Source: Alloprevotella sp. (GTDB lineage: Bacteria > Bacteroidota > Bacteroidia > Bacteroidales > Bacteroidaceae). From it: a stretch of DNA of 64,000 nt. The notes below the pieces were generated by a model, which saw only the letters and a program-made list of their open reading frames with translations, did no database searches and was not told the origin of the DNA. The DNA lies in contig JAZTYI010000088.1 of the NCBI GenBank assembly GCA_045636885.1, forward strand, positions 38,759 to 102,758, read 5' to 3'. The position numbers were made by a program, and so were the translations under genes. Shown piece after piece: positions 23,754 to 33,600 of this stretch (the stretch's first letter is position 1; every line of letters starts with the position of its first letter).

Positions 23754-24935
23754 TTATCCTATATTACTTTTTTGTTGTAGAAGTTCTCGCATCTTAATCC
23801 TATGCCCTCTGTATTTTTGACCAATCCATAGACCATCGAGAGCCATTAGCAAGAGAAGTGGAGCACCTAAAAGCACTAACAAACGTATCCACACCATTCG
23901 TTCACTAAAATCAGAACGAATTTCACTAGTATTAAATTCTATCAGTTGCGCTACGTCATTCGTTTCGGGTATATTATTAGTTCCCCATTTTCCTAGTAAT
24001 ACCCCTTTATGCAATAAGAGCATCCCAGGATTAGATCGAACCATTGCTTTTAGAATGTCTTCATCTACATTATATACCTCATAGATTGCCCCTGTTCTAT
24101 CACTCCAATCTCCATAATTTGCAAGGTCACTAGCCAACCCTATAAATTCATACCTATGGTCAATCGCAAAATCATACAAATCATTGATGCGATCAGTTGA
24201 ACTATCATCCGCTTTTACCACATTGGGCAGTGTCACCACAAAAACGGTTGTTGAATCATTCAAAAATCTTCCAGCGACATCATCTCCATTTTTATCGTAT
24301 AGCGCCAAATTCATAACCCCTGCCCTAGCAGGTTCCTCACCTGTTTGGTATTGCCTTGCCCAATTCTCACCAACACGATAATCCGTAAAAGTGACAAGCG
24401 GAAGATAATGAAGGCTGTATAGCGAAAGTACGATGCTATATGTAAAAACGTATATCGTAGCCAGGCCTTGATTACGTTCCGTGACGAGTCGCCTCATTCG
24501 CCTGGGGTAAAGCGTGACATATCCTGCTATTAATAGCAAAAAGATATTCTTTACCAACGTCACATCTGGAGCAAGTTCCGCCGCGGCACCAAAGCATCCA
24601 CAATCTGCAATTCCGCCATCTAAATATAAGTAAATGGAAAGCACCGTAAAGCCCAACATCATGAGCAACGTCATCCATACCGTCGTGCGCCTTCTAATAC
24701 CTAAAAGCAAATATACTCCAAGTTGTAGTTCTACGGCACCAAGGGCAACTGTTCCTACCTTCAACCACAAATCATCAATACTTATTGACCAATGTGTTAA
24801 ATAAGCTTGTAGTTTATAAACCATCCCCATGGGGTCGGCCAACTTCACAAAGCCCGAAGGTATCATTACCGCAACAAGCAAGAACCTGCAAACATTTACC
24901 GTCCACAAGCGAACTTTCATTCTGACACCCATCAT
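23754..24935 (-). CDS. DoxX/MauE-like membrane protein (BT_3928 family)
   Basis: SGFVKLADPMG, DCGCFG, VRSNPG; usual neighbour of tpiA in Bacteroidales; exact start uncertain. Confidence 0.8.
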   Translation of the reverse strand: MMGVRMKVRLWTVNVCRFLLVAVMIPSGFVKLADPMGMVYKLQAYLTHWSISIDDLWLKVGTVALGAVELQLGVYLLLGIRRRTTVWMTLLMMLGFTVLSIYLYLDGGIADCGCFGAAAELAPDVTLVKNIFLLLIAGYVTLYPRRMRRLVTERNQGLATIYVFTYSIVLSLYSLHYLPLVTFTDYRVGENWARQYQTGEEPARAGVMNLALYDKNGDDVAGRFLNDSTTVFVVTLPNVVKADDSSTDRINDLYDFAIDHRYEFIGLASDLANYGDWSDRTGAIYEVYNVDEDILKAMVRSNPGMLLLHKGVLLGKWGTNNIPETNDVAQLIEFNTSEIRSDFSERMVWIRLLVLLGAPLLLLMALDGLWIGQKYRGHRIKMRELLQQKSNIG

Positions 24936-25483
24936 GCCTCTTTTCCGAATCCCAACTTAATCAGCGCAAACACGGAGTAGTTCATCATGTCCATATAGTT
25001 AGCGGCAATACCTTCACTCACAAGTGTTGCACCTTCAAGGTCTTCGATTTGCTTCGTACGATAGACTTTCATTAAAATCATATCAGCAATGCTTGACACA
25101 CGCATTTCACGCCATGCTTCACCATAATCGTGATTCTTGCGCTTCATCAAGTCCAATGATTCTGTGGCATATCGATCATAAAGTTCTGTAGCCTCGTCTG
25201 CATCTAAATCCGCACGATCAGCCGCACCAAGTTCCAACTGAATCATGCCCATAATGCTGTAATTCACAATAGCGACAAACTCACCAGCAATTCCTTCATC
25301 CACCATTGCCTCACGTTCGTGGAGCGTATGTATGCGATTTGCTTTTATATATATTTGATCTGTCACAGAACTTGGACGCATAATACGCCAAGCGCAACCA
25401 TAGTCATGCATCTTTTTAAGATACAAACTACGGCAGCACGACATTACCTCTTCAAACTCCTGATTTGTAAGTAGGGCATCCAT
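24932..25483 (-). CDS. DUF1599 domain protein
   Basis: Duplicated KxxDYGxAWR motif (KMHDYGCAWR, KNHDYGEAWR). Confidence 0.85.
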   Translation of the reverse strand: MDALLTNQEFEEVMSCCRSLYLKKMHDYGCAWRIMRPSSVTDQIYIKANRIHTLHEREAMVDEGIAGEFVAIVNYSIMGMIQLELGAADRADLDADEATELYDRYATESLDLMKRKNHDYGEAWREMRVSSIADMILMKVYRTKQIEDLEGATLVSEGIAANYMDMMNYSVFALIKLGFGKEA

Positions 25484-25582
25484 AAGTTAAAATCCTATAT
25501 TTTCTGCAAATATACTGATTTTTTTCATATCCACCCCTATATACTCCAAACTTTCAAACAGGAATTCCGCACAGATGGATAT

Positions 25583-25619
25583 AAAAAAAGTGGTGCTCCG
25601 AAGAAATCTTCGTGCACCA
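25583..25619 (-). terminator. terminator after rplT
   Basis: TGGTGC...GCACCA stem preceded by an A run on plus. Confidence 0.7.
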
Positions 25620-25677
25620 AATATACGATTGCTTTAAGAATCCTCCATAAAGGCGATTCTTGAATATTGCTATGTAT

Positions 25678-26022
25678 TTACTTTACCTTAGCAACGATAG
25701 CCTTGAACGCTTCGGGGTTGTTTACTGCGAGGTCAGCGAGGACCTTACGATTGATTTCGATACCAGCCTTGTGGAGCGCGCCCATGAGCTGAGAGTATGA
25801 CATACCTTCAAGACGAGCTGCTGCGTTGATACGCTGAATCCAGAGAGCGCGGAAGTTGCGCTTCTTATTACGACGGTCACGGAAAGCGTAGGTAAGACCC
25901 TTTTCCCATGTGTTCTTTGCTACTGTCCAAACGTTCTTGCGAGCGCCGAAGTAACCGCGAGTCAACTTAAGAATTCTTTTTCTCTTAGCACGTGAAGCTA
26001 CGTGATTTACTGATCTTGGCAT
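25678..26022 (-). CDS. rplT: 50S ribosomal protein L20
   Basis: [30 protein letters not shown]. Confidence 0.98.
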   Translation of the reverse strand: MPRSVNHVASRAKRKRILKLTRGYFGARKNVWTVAKNTWEKGLTYAFRDRRNKKRNFRALWIQRINAAARLEGMSYSQLMGALHKAGIEINRKVLADLAVNNPEAFKAIVAKVK

Positions 26023-26148
26023 AGTTAATGTACTTTTTGAATGTTAGCGCCGAATCTACATCGCTTTGCGACTAAACGGACTTGCGTTGCTAATCATTCG
26101 GTTAGAAATTAGTTTGTTTAGATTAAAAGGGTGCTAATTGTTTGAGAA

Positions 26149-26346
26149 TTAGCGCATGCAAAGGAGTTCGCGAACCTGCTTAACGTTTGTTGTGTCAACG
26201 ATAGCGTCGTGTACGAGGTTACGCTTCTGCTTCTTTGTCTTCTTAGTCAAGATGTGACTATGGAAGGCATGATGTCTCTTAATCTTACCCGTTCCAGTGA
26301 GCGCGAAACGCTTCTTAGCACCAGAATTAGTCTTTACTTTTGGCAT
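26149..26346 (-). CDS. rpmI: 50S ribosomal protein L35
   Basis: [14 protein letters not shown]...HILTKK. Confidence 0.98.
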   Translation of the reverse strand: MPKVKTNSGAKKRFALTGTGKIKRHHAFHSHILTKKTKKQKRNLVHDAIVDTTNVKQVRELLCMR

Positions 26347-26458
26347 TTTCTTTTAAATATTTAATGATTACTATAGTGTGCGGTTAAGTGAGATACCAAA
26401 CTTAACGCGCTACATTTCTTTTTCTTTCGGTGTGGGCGAGAGCAACCCTTACAAAGGT

Positions 26459-27109
26459 TTAGAAGTCTTCACCTTCTACGCTGAGCGTGAATTCCTTCTT
26501 TGCCTTTTGCTGGGGCGCTTTCTTTTCTGCCTTCTGCACGTTTTCAGTTTCCGCATCGTCGTGTTCAACAGGCTTGTTTGCCTTCTTCACACTCTTGGGA
26601 GCGATGTAGATAATCATGCGCTTACCTTCGAGTTTGGGCATGCTTTCTACCTTACCCACTTCTTCGAGGTCGTTAGCAAAACGAAGGAGGAGCACTTCAC
26701 CTTGTTCCTTAAAGAGGATAGAGCGACCGCGGAAGAATACGTGAGCCTTCACCTTATCGCCTTCCATGAGGAATTCCTTGGCATGCTTGAGCTTGAAGTT
26801 GTAGTCGTGTTCGTCGGTTTGAGGTCCGAAGCGAATTTCCTTGATTTCCACCTTCACCTGCTTTGCCTTGAGTTCCTTCTGCTTCTTCTTTTGCTGATAG
26901 AGGAACTTTGAATAATCAATCAATCGACAAACTGGAGGCTCTGCGTTGGGTGAGATTTCAACGAGGTCAAGTCCCTTTTGCTCTGCAAGGCGAAGCGCAT
27001 CACGTGTCGGCACTACTGCTGACTCAATATCGTCGCCTACAATACGCACTTCGCGTGCACGGATTTGTCCGTTGATGCGATGTTGCGCTTTCATTTTGTC
27101 ATTCTTCAT
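26459..27109 (-). CDS. infC: translation initiation factor IF-3
   Basis: [28 protein letters not shown]; promoter TAATTTTG at 27188-27181. Confidence 0.97.
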   Translation of the reverse strand: MKNDKMKAQHRINGQIRAREVRIVGDDIESAVVPTRDALRLAEQKGLDLVEISPNAEPPVCRLIDYSKFLYQQKKKQKELKAKQVKVEIKEIRFGPQTDEHDYNFKLKHAKEFLMEGDKVKAHVFFRGRSILFKEQGEVLLLRFANDLEEVGKVESMPKLEGKRMIIYIAPKSVKKANKPVEHDDAETENVQKAEKKAPQQKAKKEFTLSVEGEDF

Positions 27110-27347
27110 TCAGAATAAAAATCTTACTTATTGATTGATATTTCAGGTTAATACTTCTGCACTTTGGCAGTAATCGGGTGCAAAATTACGAAAACCTTGT
27201 GTGTCGGCAAAACTTTTTACCTACATTTTTCACTTGCTTACACACATTTTCTGCTTTTCCACCCCACCCCTTTTATTTACAAGCGTTGAGAACTAAGCAG
27301 GGCGCCTAATTCTCAACACTCATTATTATATATGTGTATGCGGGTGA

Positions 27348-29288
27348 TTAGAATGCGAGCATTTCTGCTACTTCATCGTTCACCTTCTTCGCAAAGTCAG
27401 CAATGCTCATGCTACCCTGGTCGCCTTCGCCCTGCTTACGCACGGCTACGAGACCTTCGGCGGCTTCCTTCTCACCTACTACGAGGAGGTAGGGGATGTG
27501 CTTCATTTCGTTGTCGCGAATCTTACGGCCGATCTTTTCGTTGCGGTCGTCTACGATTGCGCGCACGTCTTGTGCTTCGAGCGCCAAGCGCACCTGCTCT
27601 GCATAGTCATTATACTTTTCAGAGATGGGGAGGATGGCTACCTGGTCGGGTGTCAACCACAAGGGGAAGTGACCTGCGGTGTGCTCAATGAGCACGGCGG
27701 TGAAGCGCTCCATCGAACCGAAGGGTGCACGGTGAATCATCACGGGACGGTGCTTGAGGTTGTCAGCACCCGTGTATTCGAGTTCGAAGCGTTCGGGCAA
27801 GTTGTAGTCCACCTGGATGGTACCCAACTGCCAACGGCGTCCGAGTGCGTCCTTCACCATGAAGTCGAGCTTAGGACCGTAGAAAGCTGCTTCGCCGTAT
27901 TCAACAACGGCGGGGAGTCCCTTTTCCTGACATGCCTCGATGATGGCTGATTCTGCGCGTTCCCAGTTTTCTTCCGAACCGATATACTTTTCGCGGTTTA
28001 CCTTGTCGCGGAGTGAAATCTGCGCTTCAAACTTGTCGAACTTCAATGCCTTGAAGATGATCATGATGATGTCCATCACGCGGAGGAATTCGTCCTTCAC
28101 CTGGTCGGGGCGACAGAAGATGTGGGCATCGTCTTGAGTAAAGCCGCGCACGCGTGTCAAACCGTGGAGTTCACCGCTCTGTTCGTAGCGGTAAACGGTG
28201 CCGAACTCTGCCATACGGATGGGCAACTCCTTATATGAACGGGGCTTCCATGCGTAGATAGCGCAGTGGTGGGGGCAGTTCATGGGCTTCAAGATGTACT
28301 CTTCGCCTTCTTCGGGAGTGTGGATGGGTTGAAACGAGTCCTTACCATACTTTGCATAGTGACCTGAAGTCACGTAGAGGCTCTTTGAACCGATGTGGGG
28401 TGTCATCACCTGCTGATAACCGAACTTCTTCTGAATCTTCTTGAGGAAGTCTTCGAGGCGGAGACGAAGGGCTGTACCCTTGGGCATCCACATGGGAAGT
28501 CCCTTACCTACGAGGTCGGAGAACATGAAGAGTTCCATTTCCTTACCAATCTTGCGGTGGTCGCGACGCTTGGCTTCTTCAAGGAGCTGGAGGTATTCAT
28601 CGAGCATCTTCTTCTTGGGGAAAGAAACGCCGTAAACGCGTGTCATCTGGGGGCGCTTTTCGTCGCCACGCCAGTAGGCAGAACTTACGCTCATCACCTT
28701 GAATGCCTTGATGGGAGCTGTAGTCATCAAGTGAGGACCGCGGCAAAGGTCGGTGTAAGCGCCCTGTGTGTAGGTCGTAATCTTACCGTCTTCGAGTTCT
28801 TCAATGAGTTCGTTCTTATAGGTCTGACCACGCTCTGCGAAGAACTTGATTGCGTCGGCCTTTGAGATGTCTTCACGAACGAGTGCGTCCTTCTTCTGCA
28901 CGAGTTCCTGCATCTTCTTTTCAATCTTCGCAAAGTCTTCTTCGCGGATGCTCACGCCTTGAGGGGGCATCACGTCGTAGTAGAAACCGTTTTCAATAGC
29001 AGGACCGATACCAAACTGTGTGCCGGGCCAAATTTCACCGATTGCTTCAGCCATCAAGTGCGCAGAAGTGTGCCAAAAAGCGTGCTTCGCTTCAGCGTCT
29101 TCCCACTTGTAGAGGTTGATGGTAGCATCTTCAAGAATGGGGCGGTTCAATTCCACCGTTTCGCCATTCACGCCGCATGCCAACACGTCCTGTGCAAGAC
29201 GACTTGAAATACTTTCCGCAATCTGCAAACCAGTAACGCCGCTCTCGTATTCACGAACGCTACCGTCAGGAAAAGTAATTTTAATCAT
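27348..29288 (-). CDS. thrS: threonine--tRNA ligase
   Basis: [40 protein letters not shown]; -7 box TAACTTTG at 29340-29333. Confidence 0.98.
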   Translation of the reverse strand: MIKITFPDGSVREYESGVTGLQIAESISSRLAQDVLACGVNGETVELNRPILEDATINLYKWEDAEAKHAFWHTSAHLMAEAIGEIWPGTQFGIGPAIENGFYYDVMPPQGVSIREEDFAKIEKKMQELVQKKDALVREDISKADAIKFFAERGQTYKNELIEELEDGKITTYTQGAYTDLCRGPHLMTTAPIKAFKVMSVSSAYWRGDEKRPQMTRVYGVSFPKKKMLDEYLQLLEEAKRRDHRKIGKEMELFMFSDLVGKGLPMWMPKGTALRLRLEDFLKKIQKKFGYQQVMTPHIGSKSLYVTSGHYAKYGKDSFQPIHTPEEGEEYILKPMNCPHHCAIYAWKPRSYKELPIRMAEFGTVYRYEQSGELHGLTRVRGFTQDDAHIFCRPDQVKDEFLRVMDIIMIIFKALKFDKFEAQISLRDKVNREKYIGSEENWERAESAIIEACQEKGLPAVVEYGEAAFYGPKLDFMVKDALGRRWQLGTIQVDYNLPERFELEYTGADNLKHRPVMIHRAPFGSMERFTAVLIEHTAGHFPLWLTPDQVAILPISEKYNDYAEQVRLALEAQDVRAIVDDRNEKIGRKIRDNEMKHIPYLLVVGEKEAAEGLVAVRKQGEGDQGSMSIADFAKKVNDEVAEMLAF

Positions 29289-29628
29289 ATCTGTTTTAGT
29301 TTATTGTTTCAACGAGTTAAACTTTATCCGTGCAAAGTTAGCAGAAAAAACAGACATGCTGAAGCCTTCAGGTTAGATTTTTTCACATTTTGAGTTTTCA
29401 GAGGGTTTGAGGGTGTTATTTGGGAGAAAGTAGGAAGTGGGGAAAAGTAAGAGTGAGTTAGGAGAAAATAAGAGTAAGTTAAGGGGAAATATGTGGGAGT
29501 TATTTTGAAAGTGAGGAGAGAGGAGTGAGGAAGTGTCCGAATGACGAAAAAGATCGAACAGAGGGGAAGACCAGATAGGGAAAAAGGTAGCCCGGAAGTA
29601 CTCTGTTTTCTGTACTCTCAATTACAAG

Positions 29629-29762
29629 TACAAAGTTACAACACGCTCTACCCCGCTTGTCATTTATTGTCATTTAGCATTTCAACATCGTCTAAAAATA
29701 GGAGCCTAATAAATAGATATTCAACATTTTACAAGCGCTGAAAAATTTTTCAAAATTTCCCA
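29629..29762 (-). repeat. left copy of a 134-bp inverted promoter module
   Basis: Aligns without gaps to the reverse complement of 30278-30411 (102/134 identical by hand count); outer end carries TAACTTTG. Confidence 0.85.
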
Positions 29763-29795
29763 GCAACTGAACACGTCGGGGTCCTCACTTGACCT

Positions 29796-29972
29796 GTAGG
29801 GACGCACGGCTCGTGCGTCCTCCTCACGCGGAATTCCCACCGTAATAGCAAAGGGCAAAGAGCATACATTAAGGACGCACGAACCGTGCGTCCCTACCCT
29901 GCCAAACATTCGCATCGTAACGCAATCGCAAGGCATGCATGAATGAAGGACGCACGCGCCGTGCGTCCCTAC
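29796..29972. repeat. three GTAG-family REP palindromes
   Basis: GTAGGGACGCACGGnnCGTGCGTCC at 29796-29820 (+), 29873-29897 (-), 29948-29972 (-). Confidence 0.85.
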
Positions 29973-30018
29973 CTGCCAAGTGGAATGCCATTCGGAAAAC
30001 CAAGCCAATCCCCACCTC

Positions 30019-30196
30019 GCATTACAGATTACAGATTACAGATTACAGTTATTTTGAAACTCACATGCTCCCCTCAGCGTAAGACATAAAAAAATTGTAT
30101 TATATATTTAAATATATAATAACTTATTTCTTGTACTATTTTTCAAGTCTCTGACTTATCAAAAATAAAAAAACTGTAATCTGTAATCTGTAATGC
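30019..30196. repeat. inverted (ATTACAG)n arrays around an AT-only palindrome
   Basis: (ATTACAG)4 at 30021-30048, (CTGTAAT)3 at 30174-30194, perfect 24-bp palindrome at 30098-30121. Confidence 0.9.
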
Positions 30197-30277
30197 ATGT
30201 TTTATGTTATCCATTCCCTTGTTACATATTGAAAGGAAACTCACGAGCGACGTTTTCCCCATCTACGCGAAGGTAAG

Positions 30278-30411
30278 TGGGAAATTTTGAAAAATTTTTC
30301 AGCTCTTCTAACATACTGTGCTTCTGTTGGTTAAGCACACATTTTCATACATTTTTGCAATGCTAAATGACTATAAATGACAACGCGCCTCGCGCATGTT
30401 GTATCTTTGTA
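30278..30411 (+). repeat. right copy of the 134-bp inverted promoter module
   Basis: See left copy; outer end carries TATCTTTG. Confidence 0.85.
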
Positions 30412-30420
30412 TGTGAAAAG

Positions 30421-30745
30421 GGGAAAGAGGAGTATCTATAAAGTCAAGACATAGTTTTGATTCACGCAAAGGCGCAAAGTATCGCGAAGAACTTTGGCAA
30501 GAAGAGGCAACAACACATGAGTAAAAAACTTTGCGCATCTTTGCGGCTTTGCGTGAGAATAAGAAGAGGGGAAAGAGGAGTATCTATAAAATCTGAACAT
30601 AGTTTTGAATCACGCAAAGGCGCAAAGTATCGCGAAGAACTTCTGCAAGAAGACTACAATACATGAGTAAAAAATTTGCGCATCTTTGCGCCTTTGCGTG
30701 AGAATAAGAAGAGGCAACAATACATGAGTAAAAAACGTTGCGCAC
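30421..30745. repeat. ~148-bp tandem duplication, each unit with a TCACGCAAAGGCGCAAAG...CTTTGCG(G/C)CTTTGCGTGA palindrome
   Basis: GGGAAAGAGGAGTATCTATAAA at 30421 and 30569; partial third unit to about 30745. Confidence 0.85.
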
Positions 30746-30831
30746 TTGCCCACAAAAAAACGGCCACTATTCAACTGAATAATGACCATTCTTATCTCAT
30801 CGCAATAGTGCTTTTTTTGCCTCAACAAGAG

Positions 30832-31911
30832 TTACTTCTGCTCCGCACGCTTAATAATTTTGCGTGTTGCCTCGCTCAATTGGGGTACGGTGGCGGGAAT
30901 TTCGAAGGGCACCTTAAGACTTTTGTCCTTGTACTCTGCTTTTGCCTGCTCCTTAGAGATGTATTCACGCGAAACGACGTAGTATTCTATCGAGAAATTG
31001 ATCTTCACGGGAACGTCGGAATTCACCATCTGGCGAAGAAGTTTTCCCTTACCAAGCAATTCCACAACTACACCTGCCTGAATCAAGTCCTTGGGTTGGT
31101 ATACCGCGGCATCGTTGGCTTTATAAACATACGTCATGTAAGCTTGATGCGCCTCCATCGAAAGTCCCAACATCCTCAACAACCAGGGCAAATTTATGGC
31201 ATGGTCCTTCTCACTTGCCAACCCGTCTTTATACTCCGTAAAGGTGTGCTCATTCTGCTTTCTGCTATGCGAAATCCCCGATTTGCCCTTCTTCTCATAA
31301 TATCTGTTCACGCCCATTTGTCCCTTAAACGACTCGCTGGCGTCGACCTCCTCGGCGGTTATTAAGTCTAAGAGCGATTTTGAGCCGGGTTTATTGCTCA
31401 CCGCAATGCTATCACGGTTGTCTATCTGATAATACTTATAACTACGCGTGTTGCGATAGCGCAAATCGTTCTTTTTGAACTTCACCTTCTTTGAAGCAGG
31501 CACGTAGCGGTCGCACATGTGTTCCAGAAAGTGAGTGATTGTGTCAGTCTCGGAACTTATAGTGAAGTATTCGCGCACGTAAAACGTCTGCTTCATCACA
31601 TCACGCGAAGCAGAAACTACCGCTTCTTCGAGTTCGTAAACCGTGGGAATCATCTGCAATACGGTGTCAACGGGGTGCTCCAAAATGATGTTTTCATAAC
31701 CAATACAATGTATCGTTATGGGGTATTCCGAGTCAAGAATTTTCGAGAAGTCACCTTCGCTCGAAGTAAACCCAGCCACATTACCTTGTGCATCAAAAAT
31801 CGTTGCAGACGAAATGGGCGTATCGTCCATCACATCCACCACGCGACGTTGCGCTTCAACTAAATTCCAGCAAAGCAAACCGCCTAAAATCAATAGAAAA
31901 AATCTTTTCAT
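30832..31911 (-). CDS. exported protein with N-terminal carboxypeptidase-regulatory-like domain
   Basis: Signal peptide; PISSATI, TSSEGDF, HCIGYE, ELEEAVVSA; YVREY. Confidence 0.75.
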   Translation of the reverse strand: MKRFFLLILGGLLCWNLVEAQRRVVDVMDDTPISSATIFDAQGNVAGFTSSEGDFSKILDSEYPITIHCIGYENIILEHPVDTVLQMIPTVYELEEAVVSASRDVMKQTFYVREYFTISSETDTITHFLEHMCDRYVPASKKVKFKKNDLRYRNTRSYKYYQIDNRDSIAVSNKPGSKSLLDLITAEEVDASESFKGQMGVNRYYEKKGKSGISHSRKQNEHTFTEYKDGLASEKDHAINLPWLLRMLGLSMEAHQAYMTYVYKANDAAVYQPKDLIQAGVVVELLGKGKLLRQMVNSDVPVKINFSIEYYVVSREYISKEQAKAEYKDKSLKVPFEIPATVPQLSEATRKIIKRAEQK

Positions 31912-31938
31912 AATCTGTCTGAAAGTTTAATTAAGACA

Positions 31939-33048
31939 TCACACCTGCTGGGCAACCACAATAATGAGTGCCACGATGCACATCACCATGAAAATCGAGA
32001 AGAGGATGAAGAAGTAGTTGAGGTTCAAGAAGATGGACTTCATCACGGCCTTCCACCACGACGTCACGCCATAAACACGGCGGAAGGTCAGCGTAAGGTA
32101 AGCGCAAGCCCCCAAGTGCAAGCCCCAGAGGAGCAAATCTGCGGGAGGATTCACCGTTAGGTAAAGGAGGTAAATGATGATAAAGAGCAGTTCGAGAATT
32201 GCCGTATAATGAAGGGCAAAGACGAAGTGGTGAATGTTGGGGCGTCTGTCCTTGCGTTGCACAAGGCGCAAAGAAAGGGCAATGAAGGGCGCTGTAAACA
32301 ACACCATCATGGGGAAATACTTCGTGCACATCTTTACCAACTGCTCCCACACGGAAGTCAATATGGCAACCCCTTCAACCTTCGTAACCTCATCAGCATT
32401 AAAATGATAACTACCATCGGCATCGCTCACAAGAATGCGGTCATCAATCAGCACACGGGGCACCACAGCCTTCCACTGGTCAGTACCCTCGCCCTTCGTA
32501 TCCTTCATCGTCTCGAGGTTTGTAAGCACCAGAGCATGTTCCTTGGCAAGCGCCAAAGGAGCGTGTAACACAATGGTGTCTCGAGGGTTTTTCTTTATTT
32601 TCTCCACATTCGCCTCATCTTCAACATAAGCATCCATCAAGAACACAGGAGCCGCCAATTCATGCTTCGCAAGGTCTTCTGCCGAATGACTCAGTTTATC
32701 GGGACTTGAGAAGAACACAAACATCGTGATGAACACGAAGAGCAGGAACATGTTGAGCTTAATGGGGTGCTCCTGAGAGTGGTGTTTACCCTCAAAATAG
32801 TCGTTTGTCAGCTGCCCGGGCTTTGTCACCAAGAGTTTCAGTGTGCGGAAGAAGCGAGGGTCCCACACGAACGTATGGTTTACATACACCATGATAAATT
32901 TCCAAATGCTGGGCACCTTGCCCACCGCCTCCTGCCCGCAGGCATAGCAATATTTACCCTTCAATTCCGCACCACAATTCAAGCACTTTTCGTAGGGCGG
33001 ATTTATAGGTTTGAGTTCCTCTGAACTTTTCTTTTTCTTCTCTGTCAT
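31939..33048 (-). CDS. DUF3667 domain membrane protein
   Basis: CLNCG...YCYACGQ, FRTLKLLVTKPGQLT, HFVFALHY; promoter TAAATTTG at 33110-33103. Confidence 0.85.
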   Translation of the reverse strand: MTEKKKKSSEELKPINPPYEKCLNCGAELKGKYCYACGQEAVGKVPSIWKFIMVYVNHTFVWDPRFFRTLKLLVTKPGQLTNDYFEGKHHSQEHPIKLNMFLLFVFITMFVFFSSPDKLSHSAEDLAKHELAAPVFLMDAYVEDEANVEKIKKNPRDTIVLHAPLALAKEHALVLTNLETMKDTKGEGTDQWKAVVPRVLIDDRILVSDADGSYHFNADEVTKVEGVAILTSVWEQLVKMCTKYFPMMVLFTAPFIALSLRLVQRKDRRPNIHHFVFALHYTAILELLFIIIYLLYLTVNPPADLLLWGLHLGACAYLTLTFRRVYGVTSWWKAVMKSIFLNLNYFFILFSIFMVMCIVALIIVVAQQV

Positions 33049-33403
33049 TGTTTATGTTGTTGCGTTTGATAATCCTAAAAACATCAATTTGCTTTAAATA
33101 TGCAAATTTACGTTAATCAACCCATTACACAAAGAATATTCAAAGCTTTTTAGGTCACTGAACGACTGAAATCTCGGAATAATTACCTCGGATGGGCAAG
33201 CACATAACGTGTCAGCGAGTTTCACGGCATCCTCCTCGCGTGACATGTGACAACGTGACAACAGTTTTTTTTTCATCCATGCACTACGACGACCTGGGGT
33301 GGCATAAAAACGAAGAAGCGAAAAAGATCAGCATCTTCGCACACGAATTACAGATTACAGTTATTTTGAAAACGCCTTCACAAACCACACCGACATACCC
33401 AAC

Positions 33404-33447
33404 AAAAAAGACACCCAACGGAGATGTCTCGTTCTCTGCTGGGTGTC
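33404..33447 (-). terminator. terminator downstream of the LRR/peptide unit
   Basis: GACACCCA...TGGGTGTC stem with an A run on plus. Confidence 0.65.
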
Positions 33448-33600
33448 ATGATTTAAGATTTTGAAGAATCTTTGTCGCTGGGGCGAATCTCATCCTCAGC
33501 ATTACAATGATGGAAAGCAAAGAGCCACACAGAAAATCAAAAATTTTCTCATAACTAAAAATTTTTTGTATTCAAATATGGACTCAACCTTTTTGGGGTT

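Noticed and set aside
29796-30745. CRISPR array
   Set aside because: REP copies are in mixed orientation; the 148-bp units have near-identical rather than unique spacers; no cas genes.
29373-31365. ORFs 29373..29621, 29541..29741, 29721..30008, 30457..30666, 30610..30828, 30676..31365
   Set aside because: They translate repeats or lie antisense to a real gene; no recognisable motifs.
33502-33552. Tiny ORF MRKFLIFCVALCFPSL after the small peptide
   Set aside because: Only 16 codons; could be a decayed signal peptide but nothing supports expression.
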